In this document: positions 9,384 to 19,596 of the stretch, piece after piece
How positions within the stretch are numbered: position 1 is the first letter of the stretch
How the letters are laid out: every line of letters starts with the position of its first letter
Sequence record: MZ170040.1
Reading direction: 5' to 3' (one strand)
Origin: Escherichia phage vB_EcoM_FJ1
DNA: 64,000 nucleotides
Program-made: the position numbers and the translations under genes
The notes under the pieces: generated by a model
Databases searched by the model: none
Told to the model about the DNA's origin: nothing
The model's input: the letters and a program-made list of their open reading frames with translations, nothing else

Positions 9384-10343
9384 TCACTTCCACTGCATTT
9401 CACATGCTAACTGAATGAAAAGATAAGCTAGATGCAATTCAGTATTAGCTGCAATACCATGATACTGGTTATTTTCACCAACAATTTCATACATACGAAT
9501 AATACTTTGCGGAGTTACGCGTGTATAGATTTCTTCGGCAAGTTTACCCACGAACCACGAATAATCAGCTGCATATTTTGGTGCTAAAGCTCTGAGTTGT
9601 TTAACATCTTTATTTTTGAGAGACTCAAGAACATCATCAATAGCACCACGATCGTTAGTAACCAGTGATAAAATACCAGCATCCAAAACACCTTTAGATG
9701 AATAACTATCGAGCTCGCCAATAGTTTTACGAAAATCAGGAAAATTCTTTTTAACCAAAGCTGCTACAACTTTCATATCAGCTATAGCAATTCCTTCATG
9801 CTTACAGATTTCAGTCAATCGACGAATCATCTGCTTCATCATTTCAATTTTATCTTCATCGGTCGGTTGACCGAATGTAATAACTCGGCAGCGTGACTGA
9901 AGCGGTTTAATAATACCATCAATATTGTTAGCAGTAATAATAATACTACAGTTTGAACTATAAGCTTCCATAAATGAACGAAGATGTCGCTGAGACTCTG
10001 CTAGCCCTGAACGGTCAAATTCATCAATAACGATTACTTTTTGACGACCATCAAATGAAGCTGCACTGGCAAAATTAGTCAAAGGACCGCGAACGAAATC
10101 AATTTTACAGTCTGATCCATTTACAAACATCATATCAGCATTTACATCATGACACAATGCTTTTGCTACAGTTGTTTTACCTGTTCCTGGAGAAGGAGAA
10201 TGAAGAATAATATGTGGAATCTTACCTTTACTTGTAATAGATTTAAAGGTTTCTTTATCAAAGGCGGGAAGAATACATTCATCGATAGTAGATGGACGAT
10301 ATTTCTGTTCAAGAATGTGTTCTTTTTCATTTACGGTAATCAT
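9384..10343 (-). CDS. 44: clamp loader ATPase gp44 (AAA+)
   Basis: ATG at 10343 gives 319 aa; Walker A GTGKTT, Walker [12 protein letters not shown] motif. Confidence 0.9.
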   Translation of the reverse strand: MITVNEKEHILEQKYRPSTIDECILPAFDKETFKSITSKGKIPHIILHSPSPGTGKTTVAKALCHDVNADMMFVNGSDCKIDFVRGPLTNFASAASFDGRQKVIVIDEFDRSGLAESQRHLRSFMEAYSSNCSIIITANNIDGIIKPLQSRCRVITFGQPTDEDKIEMMKQMIRRLTEICKHEGIAIADMKVVAALVKKNFPDFRKTIGELDSYSSKGVLDAGILSLVTNDRGAIDDVLESLKNKDVKQLRALAPKYAADYSWFVGKLAEEIYTRVTPQSIIRMYEIVGENNQYHGIAANTELHLAYLFIQLACEMQWK

Positions 10344-10377
10344 AATTTCCTCATTCAAGTTTTAGTGTAAATTATAA

Positions 10378-10391
10378 AGGGCCGAAGCCCT
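10378..10391 (-). terminator. GC-stem UUCG-loop hairpin between 45 and 44
   Basis: AGGGC-CGAA-GCCCT. Confidence 0.5.
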
Positions 10392-10394
10392 CTA

Positions 10395-11081
10395 TTAAAA
10401 ATCGTGGGTAGAATCAGCTTCAAGAGCTACTACATAATTCGCGTGTTCACCTTCAAATTTAGCAGCGCCTTGTTTACCTTTTGCCCAGAGCAGAAGTTTA
10501 TAATTTCCTGGTTGCATTTTCATATTTGCCATATTGATAATGAAATTAAATGTATTTTCACCATCATAATCACCAAGAGTCAAAGAATATTTAACACGGG
10601 TCAGAGCAGAATCTTCTACTTTATTAAAACCGTTAATTACGATTTTACCTTCTTTTACCGTGATAGCAATTGTATCAATTTGCAGACCACGAGATACACG
10701 CAACAGTTGTTGAAGGTCTTCAGCTTTAATTTCAGTAACAACAGATGCTACCGGGAATGGAATTGGTTTATTAGGAGCAACTACTGTACTCGGATCGGCT
10801 GCTGGCCAAAAAATTGTTGAACGAGCATCAGCAATTTTAATATTTCCATCTTCTGACTGGGAAATTTCTGCATCATCATTAACTAGAGACAGAATACCGA
10901 GAAAACCGTTCAAATCGTAAATTGCTACATCAAAATCAATAACGTCAGAAATATTTGCTTCCGCATAAGTTGTACCATTAACTGCGCGAGTCATAATAAA
11001 TTGACCGGATTTAAGCATAATGCCAGAGTTAATAGTAGCGAAATTTTTCAAAATATTCAGTGTATCTTTAGACAGTTTCAT
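10395..11081 (-). CDS. 45: sliding clamp gp45
   Basis: 228-aa ORF, same length and position as T4 gp45. Confidence 0.9.
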   Translation of the reverse strand: MKLSKDTLNILKNFATINSGIMLKSGQFIMTRAVNGTTYAEANISDVIDFDVAIYDLNGFLGILSLVNDDAEISQSEDGNIKIADARSTIFWPAADPSTVVAPNKPIPFPVASVVTEIKAEDLQQLLRVSRGLQIDTIAITVKEGKIVINGFNKVEDSALTRVKYSLTLGDYDGENTFNFIINMANMKMQPGNYKLLLWAKGKQGAAKFEGEHANYVVALEADSTHDF

Positions 11082-11104
11082 GTAATTTCCTTCAATTCAA
11101 ATGA

Positions 11105-11140
11105 GATTTAATTTTATAACTAATTTAATAAAGCAATTAA
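11105..11140 (-). promoter_or_regulatory. middle promoter for gene 45 (MotA box plus -10)
   Basis: Minus-strand TTGCTTTA at 11136-11129, then about 10 nt, then TATAAAAT at 11118-11111, about 30 nt before the gp45 ATG. Confidence 0.6.
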
Positions 11141-11526
11141 CGATTAAAATCAGCCGCAATTGTTTCCGCAACAATTTGAGCAGCAACAATTAGACGTTCA
11201 TCTGCATTACCGCAATAATCATCTTCAAGACGTTCACCACATGAAGTCATAATAAATTTAGCACCGGCGTTTAGGGATTCTGTAGTATGTTTGCGCATTA
11301 GTTCAATCCATTTATTACTTACTTCACGATCGATAGCTTCATAATACGCATGACGAGCAGGTGCAGATTTAATTTTGTTCTGAATAACTTCCATTGCGTT
11401 ATCAGAAAGAGACAAAACCCATGCTCGACGAATTTTATTTTGGTTTTGTGGATTTGATTCAGAACGCACGTGTTTTGGCTGAATATCTTTTACATCAACA
11501 GTATAATTCACAGTAATTTTAGTCAT
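11137..11526 (-). CDS. rpbA: RpbA RNA-polymerase-binding protein
   Basis: 129-aa ORF directly upstream of gene 45, as T4 rpbA. Confidence 0.75.
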
Positions 11527-11535
11527 AATACACCT

Positions 11536-11724
11536 TTAGTCATAATAATCAGTAACAGTCCAAGCTTCATTTCTATTGGACATTATTTTTGTATATTCTG
11601 CTTTAAATGCATTCCTAAGCATAGATTCAGTAACTATATGCTCTTCATTAGAAAAATTATTTCTCAGAATATATCGTTTTATTTCAGGAATAGTTAATAG
11701 ATGCTGTCCAGTTGAATATTCCAT
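11536..11724 (-). CDS. hypothetical small protein (45.2-like position)
   Basis: 62-aa ORF between 46 and rpbA. Confidence 0.45.
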   Translation of the reverse strand: MEYSTGQHLLTIPEIKRYILRNNFSNEEHIVTESMLRNAFKAEYTKIMSNRNEAWTVTDYYD

Positions 11725-11779
11725 GTTTTTCCTCCATAGAGATTATACTCTAATAAATTAAAGCATAATCTCTTATAAA

Positions 11780-13462
11780 TTAAACCATTACAGTAAATCG
11801 ACCAACTTTCTTCATTTGAAGATGCTGACCATATTCTTGCGGGTCATGGTCTTTATGCGAAATTATAAAAACATTAGTGTTTTTCATTGAATTTATAATA
11901 TTAGCTACACCTTTAATACCTTCGGCATCAAATGACCCATCAAACACTTCATCGAGTATTAATGTACTAATACTAACACCAGATACAATAGAAGCAATAT
12001 CACGCCAAGTAAATAAAAGAGCAACATCAATTCTTGCTTTTTCACCTTCACTAAATGAAGCATAACTAAAATCTTCGCGACCACGGGATTTAATTGTCTC
12101 ATTAAATTCTTCATCTAATGTAAACACATAATCCGCTTCCATTATTTTAAGATAATGGTTAATCTGCTTATTAAATAATGGAATGTACTTTTTAATAATA
12201 GCACCTTTAATACCAGAATCTTTGAGCATATCAGTCAAAATTCCTCGGTGGTATTTTTCCATTACTAAATTAGTTTTTGTCTTAACAATTTTATCAAGTT
12301 CTTCTTGAAGCAGTGCTATTTCATCAGCATGGTCAATAAACTCAGAAGATGCTTTTTCTATAGCCGCTTTAACTTTTTTAGCTTTATCTACTGCTGCGAT
12401 CAGAGATTGCTTTTTATTGCGAATATCATTTGCCAACGACTGCTGAGTTTTAATATTATCTCGGTATTCATCAACAAGAACTTTTAAATTATCACGATGT
12501 GTTGAAAGCTGTTCAAACGAATGCGTGCATTCAGAAACTTTATCTTTAATTTTAGAAACAACTTTATCACCGGAACTCAATTGTGACAAACAGGTTGGAC
12601 ATAATCCACCTTCGTGATACATATTAATGACTTTATTATATGAGTCAATTTTTGATTTAATTAAAACTGCTTCTTGACCGATTTTATTAAATGCATCAGT
12701 CGGGTCTTCATCTAAAACAATATTAACTAATCTTTCATTAGCTTCTTCTATTTCCGATTTTAGCGTTCTAGCTTCTTTTGCCAAATCATCATACATATTT
12801 TGCAGACGAATAAGGTTTTCACCAGTTAATTTTTTCTGGCGTTCAACGTTATCATTATATATTTTAATTTGTTGGATAATACTATCTTTTTTAACATCAA
12901 GCACTTGGTTTTGTGAATTTAATTCGCGTATTAGTGCTTTATTAAGCTTATCCATTTCAGCTAATGTTCCTACCTCGAGCAGGTCTTCCACAAGCTTTCT
13001 TCGCGCAGGGGTCGACAAACCCATGAAAGGGGTATACCCTGCTGTACCAAGGACAACAATCTGCTTGAAACTGGCATATGACATTCCGATAAGCTGTTCA
13101 AATTCTGCTTGGAAATCTTTACTGCTGGCAGATTCATTAAGACGTGTACCGTTAACGGTGATTTCGAAAACGTTTGGTTTTTGTCCTCTTTTGATATAGT
13201 ACTTTTTCTCATCATATTCCATCCACAGTTCAACTAAAAGTTCTTTCTTATTTGTGCTGTTTATTAATTGACCTTTCTTTACATCACGAAATGGCTTGCC
13301 AAAAAGCCCAAATGTGATGGCTTCTAACATAGTAGACTTACCACCGCCATTTCGTCCAGTAATAAGAGTTTTTTGAACCTTATCTAATTGAATGTCAACT
13401 CCATTTTGACCAACTGACATTATATTTTTATATTTTACTCTATTAAGTTTAAATGATTTCAT
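11780..13462 (-). CDS. 46: recombination nuclease subunit gp46 (Rad50/SbcC-like ATPase)
   Basis: 560 aa; Walker A GRNGGGKST, zinc hook CPTC, signature and Walker B (LILDEVFDGSFD) motifs. Confidence 0.9.
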   Translation of the reverse strand: MKSFKLNRVKYKNIMSVGQNGVDIQLDKVQKTLITGRNGGGKSTMLEAITFGLFGKPFRDVKKGQLINSTNKKELLVELWMEYDEKKYYIKRGQKPNVFEITVNGTRLNESASSKDFQAEFEQLIGMSYASFKQIVVLGTAGYTPFMGLSTPARRKLVEDLLEVGTLAEMDKLNKALIRELNSQNQVLDVKKDSIIQQIKIYNDNVERQKKLTGENLIRLQNMYDDLAKEARTLKSEIEEANERLVNIVLDEDPTDAFNKIGQEAVLIKSKIDSYNKVINMYHEGGLCPTCLSQLSSGDKVVSKIKDKVSECTHSFEQLSTHRDNLKVLVDEYRDNIKTQQSLANDIRNKKQSLIAAVDKAKKVKAAIEKASSEFIDHADEIALLQEELDKIVKTKTNLVMEKYHRGILTDMLKDSGIKGAIIKKYIPLFNKQINHYLKIMEADYVFTLDEEFNETIKSRGREDFSYASFSEGEKARIDVALLFTWRDIASIVSGVSISTLILDEVFDGSFDAEGIKGVANIINSMKNTNVFIISHKDHDPQEYGQHLQMKKVGRFTVMV

Positions 13463-13477
13463 TTTGTATCCAATTGT

Positions 13478-14332
13478 TCACAATGAAGAAAATTCTTTAA
13501 CTAAAGCCTGTAATGAAGCCTCTATTGGATATCCGTTCTTAACTAACATTTTCCTAAACATCACATGTTTAGGACGATTATATGATATCCACAATTCATA
13601 CAATTTATCTTTATTATCCCAATGATAGCCTTTTCGTCGAGATGCTATATGAGCTTTTCTAATCTCCGGATTTTTCCAACTAGCAGCTACTGAATTTGAT
13701 ATAGCTATTTTATATTCAGGTTTTGATAAAGCAGCACGAACAGCCTTTTGGTGTTTAATTTTATTTTCTTCGTTATTAAACCATTCCCTTGAAGCCATTG
13801 AAATTTTTTGTTTTGTTTTAAAATTATTTAATCTTTCTTTGTTATCTTTCCTATTTTTTGCTACTGAAAAATATTTTAATGCCCTTTCTCTAGCAGCATT
13901 TCTATTTTGTGGATTTGAATAATACTGTTGAAGCCTTTTTGATATTGTGTCACTTACATCTTGTTTTATAAAACTATATTCAGCAGCTATTAAATCAACT
14001 TCGGCTAAAGATAAATTTTTATATGTTTTTCCTGACATCATTCTATTTAAAGCATTTAGCATTTTTCCATTTTTACCTTTTGCTAATAAGAAATGTGCTT
14101 TAAAATGATTAAAATGACTTAAATTAACTAAATTCCATGTAGATTTTAAATATTCAGGAAATATTGATTTAGGAAGCACGTGATGTGCTTCCGTTTTACC
14201 TGGAGTTTTAACAGTTGAATTCATAGAAATAAAATTAATGTAAGACTTGGCGTCTTCTTCACTCAACGCTAATTTTTCAACTAATTCCTTTATTAAAAAT
14301 TCATCATTAATGTCAAGTTTAAAATTCTTCAC
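13478..14332 (-). CDS. HNH-family homing endonuclease-like protein
   Basis: 284 aa, GTG start overlapping the upstream stop; HHVLPKS...N...HFNHFKAH HNH-like motif; lysine-rich, AT-rich; inserted between genes 47 and 46. Confidence 0.65.
   Translation of the reverse strand: MKNFKLDINDEFLIKELVEKLALSEEDAKSYINFISMNSTVKTPGKTEAHHVLPKSIFPEYLKSTWNLVNLSHFNHFKAHFLLAKGKNGKMLNALNRMMSGKTYKNLSLAEVDLIAAEYSFIKQDVSDTISKRLQQYYSNPQNRNAARERALKYFSVAKNRKDNKERLNNFKTKQKISMASREWFNNEENKIKHQKAVRAALSKPEYKIAISNSVAASWKNPEIRKAHIASRRKGYHWDNKDKLYELWISYNRPKHVMFRKMLVKNGYPIEASLQALVKEFSSL
14296..14332. repeat. direct repeat copy A (about 37 bp, core 18 bp exact)
   Basis: ATTCATCATTAATGTCAA at 14299-14316 recurs at 14502-14519 with similar flanks; encodes DINDEF in both the HNH N-terminus and the upstream ORF. 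Confidence 0.7.
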
Positions 14333-14592
14333 AAAAGATTCCTTTTAATGTATCTTTTAGACCATTCTATCATATCATCATAATCTAAAAAGTATTCATC
14401 AAATTCAGCCATGCAAACAACACCTTGTGCTGCTTTTGATGTGATATAAATTATTCCAACATATCTAGAATCTTCTTCGGTATAATCAATATTTGCTATG
14501 AATTCATCATTAATGTCAAATGTCGAAAACTTCACAATACGCATCCTTAATACAAGATACAGCCATATCTCGTAATGATTTAGGTGTGTCAT
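14329..14592 (-). CDS. hypothetical protein
   Basis: 87-aa ORF; overlaps the next ORF by 77 nt, so the true start may be internal. Confidence 0.35.
   Translation of the reverse strand: MTHLNHYEIWLYLVLRMRIVKFSTFDINDEFIANIDYTEEDSRYVGIIYITSKAAQGVVCMAEFDEYFLDYDDMIEWSKRYIKRNLL
14499..14535. repeat. direct repeat copy B
   Basis: See copy A; 18-bp exact core at 14502-14519. Confidence 0.7.
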
Positions 14593-14779
14593 TATCTAAA
14601 ATGTTGAAGTTAAAAGATACAGCCCAGTCAGTGCAGACTGTAACCTTTTTAATACAATTATCTTCAACCTCTAGCGGTTCAAACCAATATTCAATAATTT
14701 CTTTATGCCCAATATCATCTTTTACTTCGCATTCAAAATGCTGACTCATCATAACATTTTTAAATTCATCAAAAGTCAT
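14516..14779 (-). CDS. hypothetical protein
   Basis: 87-aa Cys-rich acidic ORF starting at the gp47 stop. Confidence 0.4.
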   Translation of the reverse strand: MTFDEFKNVMMSQHFECEVKDDIGHKEIIEYWFEPLEVEDNCIKKVTVCTDWAVSFNFNILDNDTPKSLRDMAVSCIKDAYCEVFDI

Positions 14780-15795
14780 TGTGTTGCCTCTACATATAGC
14801 TGATTTGCATATTGAATAAGTGCTTCACGATCAGAATCAGTGATGTCTGGAATTGCATTAATGTATTCTTCCATCAACGTCTGAAGAGATTGAACTTCAA
14901 CTTCTTCACTGTCATCTGACTCGACAGAGTTATCAATTTTTGACACAACTCGTAATGAATGCACAACTTTTTCTAGTTCAGATTCGAACTTCGTTAGATT
15001 TTTGTCTACTTCAGTTACTATAACACGTACTGATAGATTTGTAAAATCTTTATAGTCAATTTTTCCTTTAAATGGATAATGAATTCTACGATGCCAGGTA
15101 GTATTGTTTGGAATAAATTCCATTCGTTCTGTTTCTGTATCAAACATCCAGAACCCACGAGGGTCATTCTCGTCACCTGCTGTTAGTGTCCATGGTGTCC
15201 CAATATATCTGACGTTTGCAGCCTCAGAAATAGTATGGAAGTGACCAGACCACACTTCTTTATAAGTCTTAAGGAAATCAGGTTCAAGACCGTGAGATTT
15301 CATTCCTTTATAAAAATAAAATCCATTCAGTTCCCAGTGACCAACACAAAAAGAAGCAGATGAAGTTTTGATGTGCTCAAGAATTTCACCAGTATTTTCT
15401 TCGCACATCCAAGGAATTAAATCAATTAAACATCCGTCAAAATCGACTGTAGTAGGCTTATCATATACTTTAACATTAGGATATTTAGCCAAAAGCTCAG
15501 TAGAGGCATTTGGATGCATTACATTTTTGTAGTGGAGATCGTGATTTCCTACAATAGTATGTAATGTGATTCCAGCACCATCAAGCATTTGAACTATTTC
15601 ACGGGCAAACTCCATAGTTTTATGTGTGATTGCTTTTCGCACATCAAAAATATCACCGTATTGAATCCAGGTAGTAATTCCATTTTTCTTAGAATATTCT
15701 ATCGCTTGCTTAATTCCATCAATTTGAATACCGCGAATCCACTCATCATCAGCTTTAACGCCTAAATGCCAATCACCTAAATTTAAAATTTTCAT
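14776..15795 (-). CDS. 47: recombination nuclease subunit gp47 (Mre11/SbcD-like phosphoesterase)
   Basis: 339 aa; calcineurin-like motifs (LGDWHLG, GDIFD, GNHD, GHFH). Confidence 0.9.
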   Translation of the reverse strand: MKILNLGDWHLGVKADDEWIRGIQIDGIKQAIEYSKKNGITTWIQYGDIFDVRKAITHKTMEFAREIVQMLDGAGITLHTIVGNHDLHYKNVMHPNASTELLAKYPNVKVYDKPTTVDFDGCLIDLIPWMCEENTGEILEHIKTSSASFCVGHWELNGFYFYKGMKSHGLEPDFLKTYKEVWSGHFHTISEAANVRYIGTPWTLTAGDENDPRGFWMFDTETERMEFIPNNTTWHRRIHYPFKGKIDYKDFTNLSVRVIVTEVDKNLTKFESELEKVVHSLRVVSKIDNSVESDDSEEVEVQSLQTLMEEYINAIPDITDSDREALIQYANQLYVEATQ

Positions 15796-15957
15796 ATATC
15801 AAGAACCGTCATTGAAATGCAAAATAAAATTATTGAAATAAATCCATCTGGAGTGCTAAAGAACCCAATCCAACATGCTCTAGTGAATAGATAAAATGCA
15901 AGAAAAAGTATCACATATCCAAGAAATATCATTATATCAAACTCCGTATAAAGCTAA

Positions 15958-15971
15958 AGGGCCGAAGCCCT
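15958..15971 (-). terminator. GC-stem UUCG-loop hairpin after a-gt
   Basis: AGGGC-CGAA-GCCCT directly after the a-gt stop codon. Confidence 0.55.
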
Positions 15972-17174
15972 TTATTTTGTAATAATGTCAAACTGTTCTT
16001 TAAAACAGAAGCTTGAATCTTGATGCTGATACAAAAATTCATATGCTTTTTCTCGCTCACGGTCATAAAGAGCTCGGTCAGATGACAGTTCTTTAATACG
16101 CTCGAATGTTGATTCCATGTCATTTTCATCAAACCAAATGATACCGCTATCATGCGAGGTCAAAGGAGTATTATCAACACGGAATTTTAAATTTTCGCCA
16201 GTAGATTTCCAGAAAACAGGAATTGTACCGCAAGCACCTAATTCAAGATGAGTATATTCTAGTGAGCGTTGTAAGTATTTCTGGTTAAGTTTACTCAACT
16301 GATATCCAAAGCCAGATTTACTCATTCGTTCAAGCATTTCACTATTAATATAACAATCTAGGATTTGTGCCGGTTGATTCGGCGTGAGATTCATTTTATC
16401 GATCTCACGATTACCGTAATATTCATACGGAATACCTTTTTCCTTAATTGCAATAAAAGCAGGGGAACGTTCAAGACCTTCCATTACAGTGGATTTACCA
16501 GCAGGTTTTAAGAATTTTTCGTGAAAATCAAACATCTGGTAAAAACCTTTCCATGTAGTCGTACGACCAATCCAACGATTGATATTCATGTTAATTTCAG
16601 AAACATCTTTCCAGTAGGTTGATCGAACTTTCGCAATATCCATAGGAGGCTGAAAGTTATATACGGTCGGTGCTTCTTCAATATCATCAAACAGAGAAAC
16701 AGTTTCTGGATACCATTCTTTCATCAAAACTTTATTAAAATCGCCATTATCAGAATGACTAAAAATAACATCAGCTCGACGAACAGTTTCTTCTAATCCC
16801 AAATTTCGACGCAAAGAAAGAACAGAATGATCATGCTGATAAACTACAACACGAATAGAAGGTTTAATATTATCTAAAAGTTTTTTATAGTTATTAATCG
16901 TGGCTTCTTGAACGGAAGTAGCAGGAACAGAATTAATAATTAGAATATCACAATCATTTACCAGCTTAAGTGCTTTATCGTATTCTTTAGCTAAAATAAC
17001 TGGAATTGAAAATGATTTGTGGTCATGAGAACTTGTACGAGTAAATGATTTATCTTTAGCATAAACCAAAGTTACTTCATGACCATTCTTAATAAACCAA
17101 TCACGTTGCTCAAGAGAAAATTTAGTTACACCACAACCTTCAAGACCTCGAGCCATAAAAATACATACTTTCAT
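15972..17174 (-). CDS. a-gt: DNA alpha-glucosyltransferase
   Basis: 400-aa ORF, near-identical to T4 alpha-glucosyltransferase as recalled (MKVCIFMARGLEGCGVTKFSLEQRDWFIKNGHEVTLVYAK...). Confidence 0.9.
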   Translation of the reverse strand: MKVCIFMARGLEGCGVTKFSLEQRDWFIKNGHEVTLVYAKDKSFTRTSSHDHKSFSIPVILAKEYDKALKLVNDCDILIINSVPATSVQEATINNYKKLLDNIKPSIRVVVYQHDHSVLSLRRNLGLEETVRRADVIFSHSDNGDFNKVLMKEWYPETVSLFDDIEEAPTVYNFQPPMDIAKVRSTYWKDVSEINMNINRWIGRTTTWKGFYQMFDFHEKFLKPAGKSTVMEGLERSPAFIAIKEKGIPYEYYGNREIDKMNLTPNQPAQILDCYINSEMLERMSKSGFGYQLSKLNQKYLQRSLEYTHLELGACGTIPVFWKSTGENLKFRVDNTPLTSHDSGIIWFDENDMESTFERIKELSSDRALYDREREKAYEFLYQHQDSSFCFKEQFDIITK

Positions 17175-17189
17175 TTAATATCCTCTTTG

Positions 17190-17225
17190 TTTTGGTTTAT
17201 TTTATCAAAAATTTATAAAGCAATA
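17190..17225 (-). promoter_or_regulatory. probable middle promoter for a-gt
   Basis: Minus-strand TTGCTTTA at 17223-17216, followed about 12 nt later by GATAAAAT. Confidence 0.45.
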
Positions 17226-17243
17226 TAGGAGCCGAAGCTCCTA
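17226..17243 (-). terminator. GC-stem UUCG-loop hairpin
   Basis: TAGGAGC-CGAA-GCTCCTA. Confidence 0.5.
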
Positions 17244-17414
17244 TCCGCATAATACGCCATACAGAGGCTCATTAGAACTTTTAAATTTTATGCGCTTATA
17301 TGTTATAGTTCCTTCTGCTTTAGCTTTATCATGAGACTCTTTAAAGCGTCTCATCATTTCCTCTTTAGAGGAACGAATTTTATTATAATCTATTTCACAA
17401 GTCTGGGCGTTCAT
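17241..17414 (-). CDS. hypothetical small protein, in frame with the ORF upstream
   Basis: 57-codon ORF (MNAQTCEIDYNKIRSSKEEMMRRFKESHDKAKAEG...) in the same frame as 17418..17624, separated by one TGA and one codon. Confidence 0.3.
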   Translation of the reverse strand: MNAQTCEIDYNKIRSSKEEMMRRFKESHDKAKAEGTITYKRIKFKSSNEPLYGVLCG

Positions 17415-17417
17415 CTT

Positions 17418-17624
17418 TCACAGTTGCCACCATTTTTTGACTTGATAAGAATCAACCCACACTTTCATATTAGGGTCTGCTCTTACAATAGGAGGATTAA
17501 CTTCTTTAATTGAACTATCATGGTATTCTTTTTCAGAAATTTTCACGCAAAGATGACCATTCAAAGATTCAGTAAATCCTGCATTAATTTTAAGACGCTT
17601 GAATTTTACGTGTGTAAGCATCAA
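17418..17624 (-). CDS. hypothetical protein
   Basis: 68-aa ORF ending at TGA 17420-17418. Confidence 0.35.
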   Translation of the reverse strand: MMLTHVKFKRLKINAGFTESLNGHLCVKISEKEYHDSSIKEVNPPIVRADPNMKVWVDSYQVKKWWQL

Positions 17625-17907
17625 TCATATCCTCAATTTGCGATCTAGTAGTCTTCCAAAGAATACTGATGAGTTCATCGTTATATGGCTGTTTTAGAAT
17701 ATCCCGACTTTTCTTGATAGCATATTCGTATTGAGCAAAATTATTATTTTCAGCCGCAATCTGAGCATGCTTATAAAGACGATTCAGTTCGCGTTTGTTT
17801 TTAGACAATAACTTATTTGCTTTTCTTTCTGCTTCAAGACGGTTCTTTTCTTCAATAGAAGAAATAAGCTTTTCCACTTCATCATTAATTTCGGGTTTAT
17901 CAGTCAT
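17590..17907 (-). CDS. hypothetical coiled-coil protein
   Basis: 105-aa ORF, charged and helical. Confidence 0.45.
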   Translation of the reverse strand: MTDKPEINDEVEKLISSIEEKNRLEAERKANKLLSKNKRELNRLYKHAQIAAENNNFAQYEYAIKKSRDILKQPYNDELISILWKTTRSQIEDMIDAYTRKIQAS

Positions 17908-17908
17908 A

Positions 17909-18127
17909 TTATTTCTCTAATATAAAATAAAAATCATCATCTGTTAAATGATACCTGTAATTTAATTCTACACCATTAGATTTAAAAGCGGTATCATACG
18001 GATTTTCTGGATCAATATCAATGTCAAGAGCTAAAACTTCCCTGAGATACATTTTAAGTAAATAGGGAATAGCTTCAACTTCAGGTATTTCTTCCAAGAA
18101 TCCGGAGAGGTTAATCGTTAGCCTCAT
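17909..18127 (-). CDS. hypothetical protein
   Basis: 72-aa ORF immediately downstream of gene 55. Confidence 0.45.
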
Positions 18128-18668
18128 ATAAAAAATCCAAACTAGGAGAATCGTCTACAACACTTTTCTTTTCAGCCCCCGGTGTTCTATAGGTTGATTC
18201 TTCGTAATGCGTCATTTTATCGTAGATGTCTTGAATAAAAGTTTCATCTACTAACGCAACCATATCGTCGTCACGACTGTCATAGACATTGTGAACGAAG
18301 TAACTATATTTCTTTGCAACTTCCTTACGTTCTTTTTTAATACGTTGGACGAATGCATTAAAACAAGCTTGAGTTATATACGCATGTGGGTTTTTATATT
18401 TCGTTTCATCAAAATTGTGAAGCCCCTTAATAGAAGCTTCTATACCATCTGCAATCATTTCTTGTTTCCAAGACTGGGTGTATCCTGAAAAGTTGAAACG
18501 TTTAGATAAGCCTTCTGCAATAAGCATAATGGCTAATCCGATAGTATCATTCTGACGAACTACTTTATTTGGGTCTTTATTATTTGCTAATTCTGTTTTC
18601 CAATCAATAATAGCTTGTAAAAGCTCTTTATTGTTTACGTAATTATATTTAGGCTTAGTTTCTGACAT
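18111..18668 (-). CDS. 55: late-transcription sigma factor gp55
   Basis: ATG at 18668 gives 185 aa, the T4 gp55 length; sequence matches gp55 as recalled. Confidence 0.9.
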
Positions 18669-18746
18669 TTTCACCTCTTAGCTCAATTCATAGATCTATT
18701 ATATCATAATATTTGAAGATCTATCTTAAAGCACAGAGGATATCAG

Positions 18747-19016
18747 TTATCTAAGTAAGCAGTATGCTTGGAACACTTTCTCCATCATCTTTTTAAATTC
18801 ATGAATATCTATATAATGACTAGTTAAATCAGCATGATATAAAAAGTCTAAAAACTTTTTATGGGTATTAGAATATTTACTTCCAGTTAATTCAGAAACA
18901 TGGCTTTCCCAATATCCAACACCAGTTTTATTTGGGAAAAATGAAATTTTCATGTATTGGTCAACATAGAAAATACCAAAATTTTCAATAGCAATAGAAA
19001 TATTAATTAATTTCAT
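18747..19016 (-). CDS. hypothetical protein
   Basis: 89-aa ORF. Confidence 0.4.
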   Translation of the reverse strand: MKLINISIAIENFGIFYVDQYMKISFFPNKTGVGYWESHVSELTGSKYSNTHKKFLDFLYHADLTSHYIDIHEFKKMMEKVFQAYCLLR

Positions 19017-19228
19017 ACATTCATCAACTTAGCCGCTTCAAGAGCTGCATCTAGTGAATCAAATTGGTCAACATATTCAATCAATTCGCCGTAATTGGCA
19101 TATAACCACCATTGGCTAAATTCATACTCAAGGATGAATCCATTTCCTTCAATTTGAGTTAAACCAATGCCATTTGTATTTACTTCATATCCGGCAAGAC
19201 GCAAATCGTTAATAAGAGCTTCGTTCAT
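19013..19228 (-). CDS. hypothetical acidic protein
   Basis: 71-aa ORF, stop/start coupled to its neighbour. Confidence 0.45.
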   Translation of the reverse strand: MNEALINDLRLAGYEVNTNGIGLTQIEGNGFILEYEFSQWWLYANYGELIEYVDQFDSLDAALEAAKLMNV

Positions 19229-19230
19229 AA

Positions 19231-19557
19231 TTATACCTTAGTAATTTTCAGGTCTGCAAATTTTTTCTTGCGTTGATTTTTCATGCGACGAATAGTTTTA
19301 TCGGAAATTTCATGCTTTTGATAAGCTTTAGATTCTACACCAAAAGCTTTAACATCAAATTCTGACAAGATATATTGAACCAACAATTCACGGACAGTAT
19401 TGCGTCCAATCTTCTGATCATTCTGTTTCATCATCTGATGAAGCTCTTTTTCCCATTTATCCAAAATTTGAGGAGTTACAATATCGCCTTTTTCTAGCAA
19501 AGAAACTACTTTATCGTATGCGTAAGAATTAATGACGTTTTTAATTTGAATAGTCAT
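19231..19557 (-). CDS. hypothetical protein
   Basis: 108-aa ORF. Confidence 0.45.
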   Translation of the reverse strand: MTIQIKNVINSYAYDKVVSLLEKGDIVTPQILDKWEKELHQMMKQNDQKIGRNTVRELLVQYILSEFDVKAFGVESKAYQKHEISDKTIRRMKNQRKKKFADLKITKV

Positions 19558-19596
19558 ACATTATCCTCAATTACGTTAAAATTTTATTATCCAAAA

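Noticed and set aside
10404-10820. 138-aa plus-strand ORF antisense to gene 45
   Set aside because: Fully overlaps the sliding clamp gene on the opposite strand; composition typical of an AT-rich antisense frame.
12970-13233. 87-aa minus-strand ORF inside gene 46
   Set aside because: Alternative frame within the gp46 coding region; no ribosome-binding site.
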